Shown in pieces: positions 12,701 to 25,100 of a stretch of DNA of 64,000 bases. Position 1 is the first letter of the stretch. Each line of letters starts with the position of its first letter. The notes under the pieces were generated by a model. The model was not told where the DNA came from. It did not search any database and saw only the letters and a list, made by a program, of their open reading frames with translations. The DNA lies in NCBI RefSeq assembly GCF_018977255.1, contig NW_024704752.1:9734001-9798000 (forward strand), in the 5' to 3' direction. The position numbers and the translations under genes are program-made. The stretch comes from Callorhinchus milii. Taxonomy: Eukaryota.

Positions 12701-15700
12701 CATGTGAGTATTGTTTCCAGTCTTTCTGAGCTCTCTGTATGAGAGGCTGGTCTATATTTTTTCTGGTCAGCTGGATATCTGACACATGCAAAAACCCATC
12801 ACCATGATTAAGCGTATCCAAAACAAACTGAGAATTCCATGCATTTCACCTACACATGGAGATTCTATAGAGATAGATTGTTGGAACGGACTGCGTACTC
12901 TCTCCCTAGAGGGACGTATCATGCTTACCTAATTCTGGAAAGTAATAGGTGCAGGTTGCCAAGAGCTAAGGCTTGGAGACCCCCAAAGTGTGTGTTGGGG
13001 TACTGCTGGAGTCTAGCTAGCTAGAATTACATAGCTCGTCATTGATATTGCTATCTGGTCTATGCTGCAAACTCTTTTTGTAATGAAGCAGAGCCCAGGC
13101 TCCGGACTTCCTGTGCAGGAGCATGTCACGTACTCTGAGTTTCCTCTGTGCAAACTGTCTTAGCCAATCCTTGCTATGCTGTTGTTCCATATGGTCTTGT
13201 GCTCTTTGTTGCAGTTCTTTCAGCAATACATGTCATTGTTTCTGTTGCAGGGGTGGTTCGATACTCGGCTCTCCTGGAAGACATTGGACTACGGTGGAGT
13301 CTCAATCCTTCGTCTTCCTCCCAGCATGGTGTGGCTGCCAGACATTGTCTTAGAAAACAAGTATGAATAGTTATTGCATTAAAATGGATATGAGAGTGGG
13401 CTGAGAGCTGATGGAATTTACAGTGAAGATTTACCTCTTTGATGCCACTGATCAGCATTCCCACACAGACCCAGGATAAATGTACTGTGTAAAGTTCAGC
13501 TGGTGGAGGTTCAAAGACTGATCAATCACTCATTTCTTTGAGCTAACCATTTGCACAGAGTAGACAAGAGTGTCTCACTATGGGCCACAAATCCCCTGGG
13601 ATATAGGCATGGGGCGGGTGGGGGGGAATCCAGTGATATGATTATTATCACCAGTAATAGTTATGAAATGGCATGATGTTTTCTCCACAGTTTGACATAT
13701 CACCTATTAGACAAACTGTATGATGGGGGTGCAGGGTAAAATGTAAACCTGAGTGTTAGAATTGAACCTGAAGTTAGGTCTGGACACACTAGAATATAAG
13801 GTGAGAGATTAGCCAGAAGTACATTTTAAGAAACATTTATGTGTTTTTATACCTTTGAACACAGTGCAGACTATTAACTTGCTGTATGTATCCACTGGGA
13901 ATCTCATCAACTCTGCACTTTATTCCCCAGTGTTGATGGCCAGTACGAAGTGGCGTATTATTGCAACGTGCTGGTTTCTTCAGATGGTTTCATCTATTGG
14001 CTCCCTCCTGCAATATTCCGGAGCTCCTGTCCGATCAATGTTGTGCATTTCCCATTTGACTGGCAAAATTGCTCCTTGAAGTTCACGTAAGTCTCCTCAC
14101 AATTATAGGGTTCCAGTTTATACGATAGTTTCCAGAAAAACTAATTAAATGGTACATTGTCATTTTGAAAAGTATCCATTGTCCTTGAGTCCCATCTGAA
14201 GCACTAAACCATTGTATTGAATATTCTTTAGAATAAAATGGAATCAAAGGTAGAATAAGTGGCGTTGCAGCTACAAGGAAGCTTGTTCCTGATTCAGTGT
14301 TTTCATGTTGAGTAGAGTGAAGCTCAGAGATATCACAAGCAGCCTGTTTCCCATTCATTCCATAACTACTCTCTAGAACCCACTTCCAAAGTGTATTGAC
14401 CTCTTGCCATCTCTCAGAATTTCCATTAAAAATGTATCTCTTTGAATCTTGGTTGAGAACTCTCAAATGTCTTCACGTTCATAGGAGAACATCTGAAAAA
14501 GTATCTGGGATGAGGTTAATGATAACATTGGATGTAAATAACACGAGTATTTATTTTACTGCATGATCTGCTGATCTGTGCCATAATAATTTCCTTGGTA
14601 GTGTGTGCTGAGTAGTAAACACCAGTCTACGGGTAATAATCTTTGTCTGTAAAGTTACTGTTAAATGATTGCATTATATACCTGCCTTTATCTCTATTGC
14701 TGGTAGATGTCTGATGCATTCATGTAATTTGGACTGAGACCTCTGATATGGACAGGGTTCTGGGCATTTTACTGGCAATGACAGTGTGATGATATGGGTG
14801 TAACAGATTTTTATTTCTGTTTGAAGCTCGTTCAATTACAATGCCAATGAAATACATCTGGAGCTCAAAACAGAAATGAAGGATGGCAAGACATACCCAA
14901 TTGAGTGGATAATCATTGATCCCGAGGCTTTCACAGGTAATGATTCTGGGTTCCTGCTCCTGATCACTATCCAAGTAACTGCTCCTGTGACTATCCAGGT
15001 TACTGTGTAGGTATATGTGGACACCAGGGAAAGTGCAGTATTGGTCTTGGCTGTAATGCCCCCCACTTACATAGTTTACCAGCATTTACTGCCTAAACTT
15101 GCAGAGGAAGGACAGCCACTGACTGCAGGGGTGTTGTGTCTGGGAATAAAAAGCCTCCAGTGATTGAATTGAGAATGTTGTATGATTTTAATGAATCACA
15201 GCCTGATAGATCAAAATACCTTTTCCCATATTTTGGGTTGTTCTTACGAACTTCAGGCGAGGAGGGTAAAACTGGACCAACTGTTCAGCCATGCAGGAGT
15301 GTTGCTCAGTCATGTATTGTATTGCTAACGTGGACTGTTCTGTCTTTGCACAGAGAACGGTGAGTGGGAAATTGTACATCATCCTGCAAAAAAGAACATC
15401 CACGTAAACGTCTCTCCTAACAGCACCAAGTACCAGGATATCACCTTCTACCTGATCATCAAACGCAAGCCTCTGTTCTACCTCATCAATATCATCACCC
15501 CTTCTGTCCTCATCTCATTTCTGATGTTGCTGGCTTATTACCTCCCTGCAGACAGTGAGTGTCCATCCTGAGACCCTAATCTATAACAAGCACTTGCCAC
15601 ATGAGGTGCCCCAGTGCACCAGAGTCTAACACTTGATTGCTTCCCAGGCAGTAAGGATTGTGGCACATCAGTAAAATGGCTGAAGGTAGTGGTTGTATTA

Positions 15701-18700
15701 GGTCGACATTCTGTGTGTTAGTCCTTGAATTCTGAGTGTTGATAGATCTTGACAGATAGTGAAGACGTTCAGGGTTGTTCTGGTGGAAGGAACTAAGGAT
15801 GGATCTGTTTAGGGAATTCAGGGAAGATTTGTCATCAAACCAGCAATGATTTAGGAAAATTCCAGAGCAAGGAGTTGTCAGAACATTTTGCTTTAATGTT
15901 TGGTCCCTGGAATTGTAGAGACATGAGCTAATAGAAACCAATCCAATACTGAACATAAGATTGGATGAGGTGATGCACAGAAGCCTTATCCAGATGTAAA
16001 ATAGAAACTTTGAAATACTGGCCGCTGAGATCACCTTAAAACTAGAAAGTTTTACCTGTGTTCTAAAAGAGGTCACTAGTTCCGTGATAAGCAATTGAAC
16101 TTTGGTTCACACAGCGTTACTGCTCTGCCAGCATCATTGGATTGGTTTGATTGAAACACGAGAAAATTATTTTTGATACTTAAACGGAGTATCCAATGGA
16201 TAGAACCCTCCAGAGAGATGTCAGTGTAACTGTGTCCATTATTGTGATAATAACAATAATAATAACCCTTGCATTTGATATAGCACCTTATTGCATCATT
16301 GAGACGTTTCAAAGCGCTTCACAGGATATACTATAAAGTGTTCTGTGTGTTTTGTGGGCGAAATGCGGCAGCCAGTTGTGCACAGCAATGTCCCACAATT
16401 TTTTTTACTGTAAAGTGTAATGACTGTGTGTTTTGTAGAAGAACACAGCAGCCGGTTTAATCAATGTAGGAAGTGGGTGCTTCAGAAAAGGTTATGTTTT
16501 GCGGGCAGGAACCTGATTGTACACTGAGAAATTACACATCATAAACTGAGTGACTCGGATCTCAGTGCTGGCAAGGCCTGTGAGCTGTCTAATCTCTATT
16601 TGCTTTTTCAGGTGGTGAGAAGATGACGCTGTCCATTAATGTCTTACTCGCACAGTCTGTCTTCCTGCTGCTGATGTCACAAAGATTACCAGAGACCGCT
16701 GACGCTGTTCCGCTGATTACCAAGTGAGTGACTCCACACTAATTATGGGACATTCCATTCCCGGCTCTTCACTGCATTTCTGTGTACTAGTGTACACAGG
16801 CTGTGGATGTGCTGTACATGTGTTGTATTCAGCCTGTACACAGTGGACGTGCCAGGAATCTGTTGTGTGTGAGTGGGTTTGCAAGCAGTGTGTTGTGTGT
16901 GAATGGTGTGCAAGGAGAGTGCTCTGAGTAACTACTGCCTTTTTGTTTTCTCCTAGGTACTTAATATTTATTATGGTCCTCGTCACTTTTGTAATCGTAA
17001 ACTGTGTTGTGGTATTAAACATTCATTTCCGTACTCCCAGCACCCACGTCCTCTCAGCCTGGACTAAACGGGTAAGTAACGCAGCACTGGTCATATCATT
17101 CACAGCCCTGAGAATATCTACATGGAGAAGCAGAAAGAACCCAAGAGATGAACATGTTCTTTGTGTCTTCCTTGCCATGCTTAGCACACTGAACCAGTTC
17201 ACATAGTGAATCTAAATTAAGCTTCCAAGGTCTCAACAGGCAAATGCACTCTGCAATGTGGTTCTGAGCCATTCAGATTCAGAAGGTACCAAGTTTGATC
17301 TCTGTCTGGGTTTGTGTTGAGTGCCTGATTTTAGCCTGGGTTGACATTTTCACTGCTACAGTTGGGTTCAAAGTCCTTGCTCTGGGGTGAAGAGGTCAAC
17401 AATAGTAATGATTTATTGGTTCAGCAGTTTAAATGTTCAGAGTGTTATTGAGATTATTTGTACAGTGTGTTTGCACATTATACACATAACCTGAAGTGCG
17501 CTGTGATAACTGAGATAAATTCGGAAACATGGGGTGAAGCCCAACTTCAGAAAATTTAACTCAAATAGTCAAGGCTGACACTTGAATGCAGTGCTGGAGG
17601 TATGCTGTATTGTCACTGGAACTATCCTTCAGATAACACATTAAACCAAAGTCCCGTCTGCCTGTTCAGGTGAACATTAAAGATTCCATAATAATAATAA
17701 TAATAATCCTTGCATTTGATATAGCGCTTTTCACGTCGGGAGGACGTCCCAAAGCGCTTCACAGAGTACACTGTAAAGTGAATTGACTGTATATTTGTGG
17801 GCAAACGCGGCAGCCAATTGCGCACAGCAATGTCCCACAAACAGTCGTAGATTGAAAATGACCAATTTATTATTGTTTTTGGTTTTGGAGGGATTATTAT
17901 TAGGCTCTGTGTGGAGTAAGGAAACTTGCCCAAGGTTTCGCCCTCTGCCTGGAATTGAACTCAGGTCTCTCACTTGCAAAGCGAGTGCTCTAACCACTGA
18001 GCCACAGGACTCCATGGCAGTATTCGAAGAGAAAGTGTCCTGGTATCCTGGCTAATAATTTCCCCCAAAATAAAAATTGTTCACTCACTTCATGACTATT
18101 TGCGGGACATTGTTGTGTGCAAATTCGCTGCCACGAACACCTACAAAATATACATAAAATTTACATAAATCCTGTGAAGTGCTTTGAGGCAAACTCTTGA
18201 CATGAAAGACCCTGTAGTCAAATGCATGGACTATTGTGATGGCTGTTCTGTGTCCCAATTGTTCTGTTAATGTTGGTGCACTATAGCTGATTGTTTTTCC
18301 AGCTGTTTTTAGAAACTCTGCCACGGATCCTGCACATGTCACAACCAGAGGAGGAGGAGCTGTGGGTGAACGGGGCCATTCAGCGACGCAGCAGCTCAGT
18401 TGGATACATTGCCAAAGCCGAGGAATATTTCACCATCAAATCCAGGAGCGAACTGATGTTTGAGAAGCAGTCACAACGGCACGGGATGAAGGCGAGAACC
18501 ACCCCCAAAGCACGTGAGTGGACCAACGAGCAAAACCCAAAAAAAATTCCAATGTGGGTGGTTATTGCTCAGAACTGTAAAGATTCGACAATAATTGAAG
18601 CTGGGCTCATCTTAAAAAAAAAAAGAAGATTTTTTTTGTGTCAGCTGGGTGTCTGGCAAATGTGGAAACCCATCACCGTGCTTAAGCGTATCCAAACTAA

Positions 18701-19822
18701 GCTGAGAATTCCGTGAATCCCACCTACACATGGAGATTCCAGAGACAGACTGTTGGAATGCAATGTGCACTCTCTCCCTGGAGGGCTACATCTTGCTTAA
18801 CTAGTTCCGGAAAATATAAGGTGCATAAGAACACAAAAATTGGTAGATGAAAAAAAGACCAAGGTCCATCTAGTTCACCTTCCACCTTCCTGGTGGTCAC
18901 ATGCACATATGTCCCGAACTACTTATGTACTATATCCCATAATGTTATTCCCTAAAAGAAAATGAATCTGTGTTTGAAGCAATCAACATTTCCTGCTTCA
19001 ATCGTCCTCCCTCGGGAGCCTGTTTCACAGTTTACTGTTCGCTCACTGAAGGTTGGCAGGAGCTAAGATGTGGGGACCCCAGAGTACGTGTTGGGGTACT
19101 GCTGGAGTCTAACTAACTAAAAACTGATAGCTTGTCATTGATATCGCCGTCTGGCAAGATTTCCATGGCAATTTGGAGAAAAGAAATGGTACCTTCAATA
19201 ACAAAGATCTAAACCTTTTTTTTCAATGCAGCTACTGCTAACAGTGGCGAGAAGCAGCACGAGATTTCAGACCAGTTTTACTCCGAGATCAAGCCTGGTA
19301 TCGATGCGGCAAATTACATTGTGAAGCACACAAAGGACACAAACGATTATGATGAGGTGAGTAAGAGCTCTCGCAGCAACACACCACCTTCTCCACGTGA
19401 CCACGTTTCTGACTGTTCTGATGCTCTCTACGTACTTCTCTCTGCTGAAGCACAGTCTCCCGCACTATGCAGGGTTATCAGTCTTCTGTCCTCAAAAATA
19501 AGAGCATACCATTCATTGTATGCTTATTAGAAATGTATTTGTCTCTCTCCTTCCAGTGTATCTCCTTTTGCTGTGATTCTTACTCTCCTTCCACTGAACA
19601 TTGGGCTCAATCACATGTTTCTTTCTGTCTCAGGAGAAGGATAGCTGGAATCGTGTGGCCCGGACTGTGGACAGACTCTGTCTCTTCCTGATAACTCCAA
19701 TCATAATCATCGGAACAATCTCTATCTTCTTGATGGGCAAACTCAATCACCCCCCAGCGTTACCGTTTGAAAATGATGGTTTTGATTATGCACCAGGGCA
19801 TCCAAGATACTTAATAAAATAA
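9725..19822 (+). CDS. CHRND: Nicotinic acetylcholine receptor delta subunit (complete, 12 exons)
   Basis: Exons 9725-9776, 12145-12290, 12659-12703, 13251-13360, 13931-14086, 14827-14936, 15354-15554, 16612-16723, 16957-17071, 18303-18513, 19232-19356, 19634-19822 (TAA). Signal peptide [13 protein letters not shown], Cys-loop [36 protein letters not shown], and the delta-specific [28 protein letters not shown]. Confidence 0.97.
10464..10655 (-). mobile_element. Diverged SINE 3' fragment
   Basis: taataatccttacatttgatatagtgcc...gcagccaattgcacatagcagtgtcccacaaac; similar fragments at ~11975-12078 (+), 16250-16400 (-), 20770-20900 (+) and 50570-50765 (+). Confidence 0.75.
12764..13060. repeat. 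Unclassified ~300-bp interspersed repeat
   Basis: ggtcagctgg...aacccatcaccatg...cacctacacatggagattc...ttggggtactgctggagtcta...; homologous copies at 18638-19157 (split), 47780-48065 (opposite orientation) and 56572-56863, with fragments at ~4718-4775 and ~61095-61135. Confidence 0.8.
17688..18012 (-). mobile_element. Full-length young tRNA/Deu SINE nested in an older SINE
   Basis: tRNA-like head on the minus strand (ggagtcctgtggctcagtggttagagcactcgctttgcaagtgagagacctgagttcaattcc), Deu-like core and (TTA)n tail. The flanks ...aaagattccat / atggcagtattcgaagag rejoin an older SINE like the one at 21405-21690. Confidence 0.9.
18638..19157. repeat. Unclassified ~300-bp repeat split by a CR1-like 3' fragment (~18826-19049)
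   Basis: Homology to 12764-13060 breaks at ...ggtgca|taagaacac... and resumes at aggttggcaggagctaag. Confidence 0.7.
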
Positions 19823-21404
19823 GAGAATTCAGGGATGAGAAAAGGCCATTCAGTCCCAAAGCTTATCCTTCCTGTATATTAGCTGTCCTATTATCATATT
19901 CTATTTTGAATAAACCCTAATGTGTTTGTTCCACAACTTGCTTGGTAGATTACCCCAAACTTTGAGAAAACATGTTTTTTTCTGTTATTCACTACATATG
20001 TGTGCACACATTCTGATACAGACTTACACACGCACACATTCACTTTCAGACAAACAGAAACCTAGAGACACATGAAACACATATATCTGTGCACATGATC
20101 GATCCAAATGTGAGATGCATAAAAAGGATCAGTATGATCTGTATGGTTGAGGCACGACAGAAATTGTTTTGAAACATCAGAGTATTTTTCTGAAATTTTG
20201 TACCTGGAGATTTGCTGTTACGGAATTCCTATGGAATTCAGCAATTTTCACATCTCTAATTTCACTGGACAGTAGATCGGAAGGGAAGTTTCTTTTTTAG
20301 TATAATCTGTGTTTTACAGTAAAACCTGTCACCAAATATAATTGATTTGTCACTGTATATAAGTGACTCATTGCTGGTCGATGCTGCTTATATGGAACAT
20401 CTGTGCTGAGCCCTGAAAGCTACAATGGATGTAAAGTGTATTTTTCTCTCTGGGGCAATGAATAGGACAAGGCAAGTGCAGTATTTATTGGGTATCTGAG
20501 TTGGGCAGTATGGAGCTGGAAGGATGTACCAATAAGCGAGTGGGGAGTCCCAAATTCACCCACCCCCACATCCAAATAGAAATCTAAATAATTTGAGTTG
20601 TTTGTGGAATGTCATATCAATAATTTTCAAATGCTTTTTTGGGCAAAGCTGTAGCCAGTCACAATTATTCTTGGAGAGAGGTTTAGGGAGTGATATCCTC
20701 ACATAGGCTGGCATTGGAGTCAAGATTCTCACTGCTATACGTCTTTAACCTATATATCACCTTCTGGTCAAATTGGCTGCCGCGATTTGCTCACCAAATA
20801 CACAATCAATCCACTTTACAATATATTCTGTGAAGTGCTTTGAGATGTCTCAACGATGTGATAAGATGCTATATCAAGTGCAAGGATTATTATTATTATT
20901 ATTCTCATCTAATAGCTGTCAGTTAGTGACCTGATGTGCCATTCTGCAGGAAACCCCTTCAAACAATATTTACACCTGAGACAGGTGTATTGTGCCTGGC
21001 CAGCTGAAGTCAGGCAGCTGTGTAATACTCGAATCTATTTTTCAGAGATTGCAACTGATGCGGCACCAGATAAACATCTTCTGGGTGTTCAAAGGGACAC
21101 AGATTCTTAAACCTTGTCTTCATTTGGAAGCTGGTATATCTTCTAAGAACTATGGAAATCTGGCTTCCAAATCAAGACTGAATTCAGGTACTTTCCACAA
21201 TTCTGCATGATCTTAAATTTTAAGGCAAAATGGTCTTGAATGTTAAGACTGGCCTAGTTTGTTTAAATTGCAGAAAATAGTTAGTTAATATTTAGGCTCA
21301 CCTTAACATGCTGGGCATTGGTGATTCACACAGAAATACGTGACCCAGGAGCTGTGAGACAGCAGCAATCGGTGGCTAGTAATCCCAGGGCACACAGACA
21401 TTTA

Positions 21405-21690
21405 CTGTCCTTTGGATAAGACATTAAACGGAGATCCCGTCAGCCTGTTCAGGTGGACGTTAAAGATCCCATGGCACTATTCAAAAAGGAATGGAGTTTC
21501 TCCCAGTGCCCTGGCCAAAAATCTCAAATAAAACTGGTCACTCCATGGCTGTTTGTGGGACATCGCTGTGTGCAATTGTTCTGCTGCGTATGCCTACAGT
21601 CACTGTAATTCATAGTAAATCTGTGAAGCACTTTGAGATGTCCTTCTGACGTGATAAGGTGCTATACCAAATGCAAATATTATTATTATT
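21405..21690 (+). mobile_element. Older Deu-domain SINE
   Basis: ctgtcctttggataagacattaaacggagatcccgtc...gctgtttgtgggacatcgctgtgtgcaatt...gctataccaaatgcaaatattattatt. Confidence 0.7.
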
Positions 21691-22185
21691 CAATTATATT
21701 GAACGTGGGTGAACCTCTGGATATACTGAATCCTAAAGTTGGGAAGAGAAAGAAATTTATTTTGTGCTCACTTCTCGAGTTGGTATAACTCTTTAATGTA
21801 AGTTTATTTCTTGGAACAAGTTATTTGTGAATTCTAAGAATGTCACAAAACCCATTCTTTCAACGTCAGTCTGTGTTGACAAGTACTGTTAGCTGTGTGT
21901 ACACTTCCCTATTCTGCAGCCTTGTAAATACAAGTGTCCAGAGGCTATTGTTTCTCACTCCCAAATTTATTTTAATTTATTCCTGGTTCTCTTGTTTTCT
22001 CCTTGAAAGCTTGGTTAGGATTGCACAGGCTCTCCTGAGAGAGGAGAATCTTACGGCGCCTGAGTGAATCCTTTATTTAAAAACACAATGAGTAAGATCC
22101 GGTGGTTGGGATGGAAACTCCAGTAATCCGATCAAGAGTTTACGAACTTTATTTTTGTAAAAAAAAGTGTGGAGAGGCAGCAGAC

Positions 22186-25100
22186 ATGTCTGCAGTGACC
22201 ACACAGCCTACCCCCTTTGGGGTATTAAAGAGAGAAAAACACATTGAAAGTGTTTGGGGAGAATTTAAGGGTAGGAGAGGTGTAGAACCTGGTGAGCCAT
22301 TGAATACTATCCAGCTTTCTGCAACTGGAGGGACTGTGACTGAGCCCATTGGGATGTGCTTGGGAAGATCGAAAGAAGTTCTGGAGGAGATGGAATCAGA
22401 CGGAGATTCAGAGTTGAAAGAACAGAGTTCCAGGGCCCATCTGAAGGAGCTCGGGGGAAGACAATGGGCCGAAGCCTCATATCGACCTCTTCCCCTCTCA
22501 ACACACCCAGAGGCAGGCCAGCAATTACATGGACTGAGACCTCTCCAGCAGCTCCACCAGCTGTGCATCACTGCAAAGGCTGAGCTCCAAGGTGAGTACA
22601 TCCTGTTCTTACACCAGTGACTGTGTGAATTGCATGTATATGCCATTAACATCTCTTGTATAGTTGTAGGTTAGAAATTGTAAATTACGGAGGTCATCTT
22701 TAGATGACATAGACTTGGAGTGACTCTATTTTAGAAATCTCAGCTCTCACAGATTGGGGTCTAATATACTTGGTAGGAGGTCACTGTTTCGCAGTAAAAG
22801 GCAGGCCTTTACAACTAAGCTCTGGCAGGAATATTACTCCAGTTGATGGTAGGGGCTGGAGCCAAATGTTCAGAGAAAGCAACAAATTCACCTTCAGCTA
22901 CAGAGCACCAGTTTAACCTGCATTGAAGCAGAATATTGACAGGACTGAAGCATGTTCTTTCGTATCTCACTGTTTTGGTAAAAGATTCAGCAAGTCATTT
23001 TGCTGCTGGGCATGTTTTATTGCTTCAGGACTAGAAGTATAAAAGGCTGGATTAGAAAAGAGTGATCTCTGGGACCTGACTGCCCACACAGGGCAGTGTG
23101 ACTTTTATCTCCACAGCAACCATCACTTTAAGTCATTAGAACAAAAGAAACCCCCCGCAAAGATAGAAGTGGACTAAACTTTCACCATCTGAGACACAGA
23201 GCTGACTCGCAGCACTCACTGCTCTGCACAAATTCATTTTATTGTTTTGCAAGTTTGAAAGGGGAAAATTCCAATTGGTGTACAATAAAGGCTACTTTGC
23301 AGAAAGGAACAAGAGCTAATTGTTTAAATTTCGCCTCTTCTGCTTTTCATGTGATTTATGTGCCGAGCAAGGTGAAGGTTGTTAGTGCTATCATTCCATT
23401 TTGAGCACCAATGTCAGCCACTATGTGTTAGATACTGATGAAACCCACCTGCACTGTCACAGATCAAATTCAGCATGTGTTTAGACACACGTTTACATTA
23501 TCCCTTTAAAACTCCTGGTCGGGTGCAGGATGTGATAAAGACACAGAATAAACCTTTCTACTTGGTCTTTTTTTTTATTATCTTTCATCTCTATTGTAGG
23601 ACCAACTTGTGATCCTGCCAGATGCTACACCATCACAAACCAGACAGGACGACAATTGTACGTGGCTTCTGAAGGTAAACATTCCTCTCTCTGTCAGGTC
23701 AGGTCTTGTTGCCAAAGCCTGATACTATTAACCAGACCTAACCAGCAATAGGAACTTTCATATCAATTGGACTTTCCATTTCTTGATATTGACCACATTA
23801 CTTTCAATTAATAACAAATATGATCTCCCTCCAATGGCTCAGAGAGTAAATGTGTAGAGGGGCATTAAGTGATACTGATGAGGATTGGTTTTGCTTGCAT
23901 TGAGTTAACAATGGCAATAGAGACCCTAGTTCCTGGTCTAGGGAAGGGGATAAAGAGGTTCTGCTCCTGATCAGTATTCAGTGACTCTGCTATAAACTAT
24001 GGGCTAAGGACAGGATTAGGAACATCTGAATGTTCTCACTCTGGTACATTTGGGTGAGGTGCTGGGGAGCCTTGCAATACTTGTCGAATTGTATGCTACC
24101 AATGAGATGTGGAGGGAAAGGGAGAATGTTTTCTGGAAGGAAATATAATCCATTAATTAGGGGCTCATTGGCTCCTGCACTGATTCATTCCTGAACAGAA
24201 GATGTAGAAAGTCCCGATAGGTCCAAAAATATCTTAAACATAAATCTACTGAAATACTGTATCTCACTTGTGATCTTAAGACCCACCCCATATGAAGTAA
24301 CAGTCACAGTATGTAAGACTTTTATATCATAGGCATTTATGATAGGCTGGTTATAAACAAGTCCTGTCACACTTCAGTACATCATTTATAACTGTATTCT
24401 TTCTAATCAGAAAACCACAAGCATCATGAAATTTAATGTTTCTGTTATCAATCTGTAAAAGTGTTAAATGTCTCCTAGCATTGAAAATTTGAAAATAGAT
24501 TTTTAAAAAATGTTCATTTGCCTCCTGGCTGTTTGTGGGCTTGGATGTGCACACATTGGCTGCCTAGTTCATCTACAAAATACGCATTATAGTAAATCCT
24601 GTGACATGCTTTGAGATGTTTCAACATGATAAGGTGCTAGACCAAATATAAATATTATTATAGGATTTTTTTTTCTCTCTCAGATACCAGCTGCCTGTGC
24701 TTGAACCTGTGTGGTCCCGCTCGTTCCTGTTGTATTAAAATCTATAACCACCAATCAGAGGAAGTGCTACACTTCATCAGACCCTTCAGAGTTGATGCTT
24801 GTTGCTTTGGGTGCTGTCTAATGGAGATGAGTGTGTTCAACTCCAGGAAGGAATTAATTGGCTCAGTGAAACAAAGGTAAGTGCAGCCTGCTTAATACTT
24901 AACCATTTTAATCAATGCAATGATAACTCTTTATAGCAACAACAATCTAATGGCTTCAGTGCAATTACTTTGCAGCAGAAAGGCCTCAAATAAGTATGGT
25001 GCTGTATTTCTCCTAACTGGTTTAAATTGCTATATATTCAATAAGGTTATATATTATAGTAACATGAGCTTAGAAGAAACTCGTTCTGATCAGAACATTC

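Noticed and set aside
15576-16094. 172-aa minus-strand ORF in a CHRND intron
   Set aside because: No recognisable motif; may be a decayed LINE remnant, which I cannot support.
17622-18055. Recurrent ORFs ([17 protein letters not shown]..., ...KCKDYYYYY), also at 39306-39967 and 54328-54668
   Set aside because: Chance translations of the SINE consensus.
22149-22652. 167-aa minus-strand ORF
   Set aside because: Antisense shadow of scramblase exon 1.
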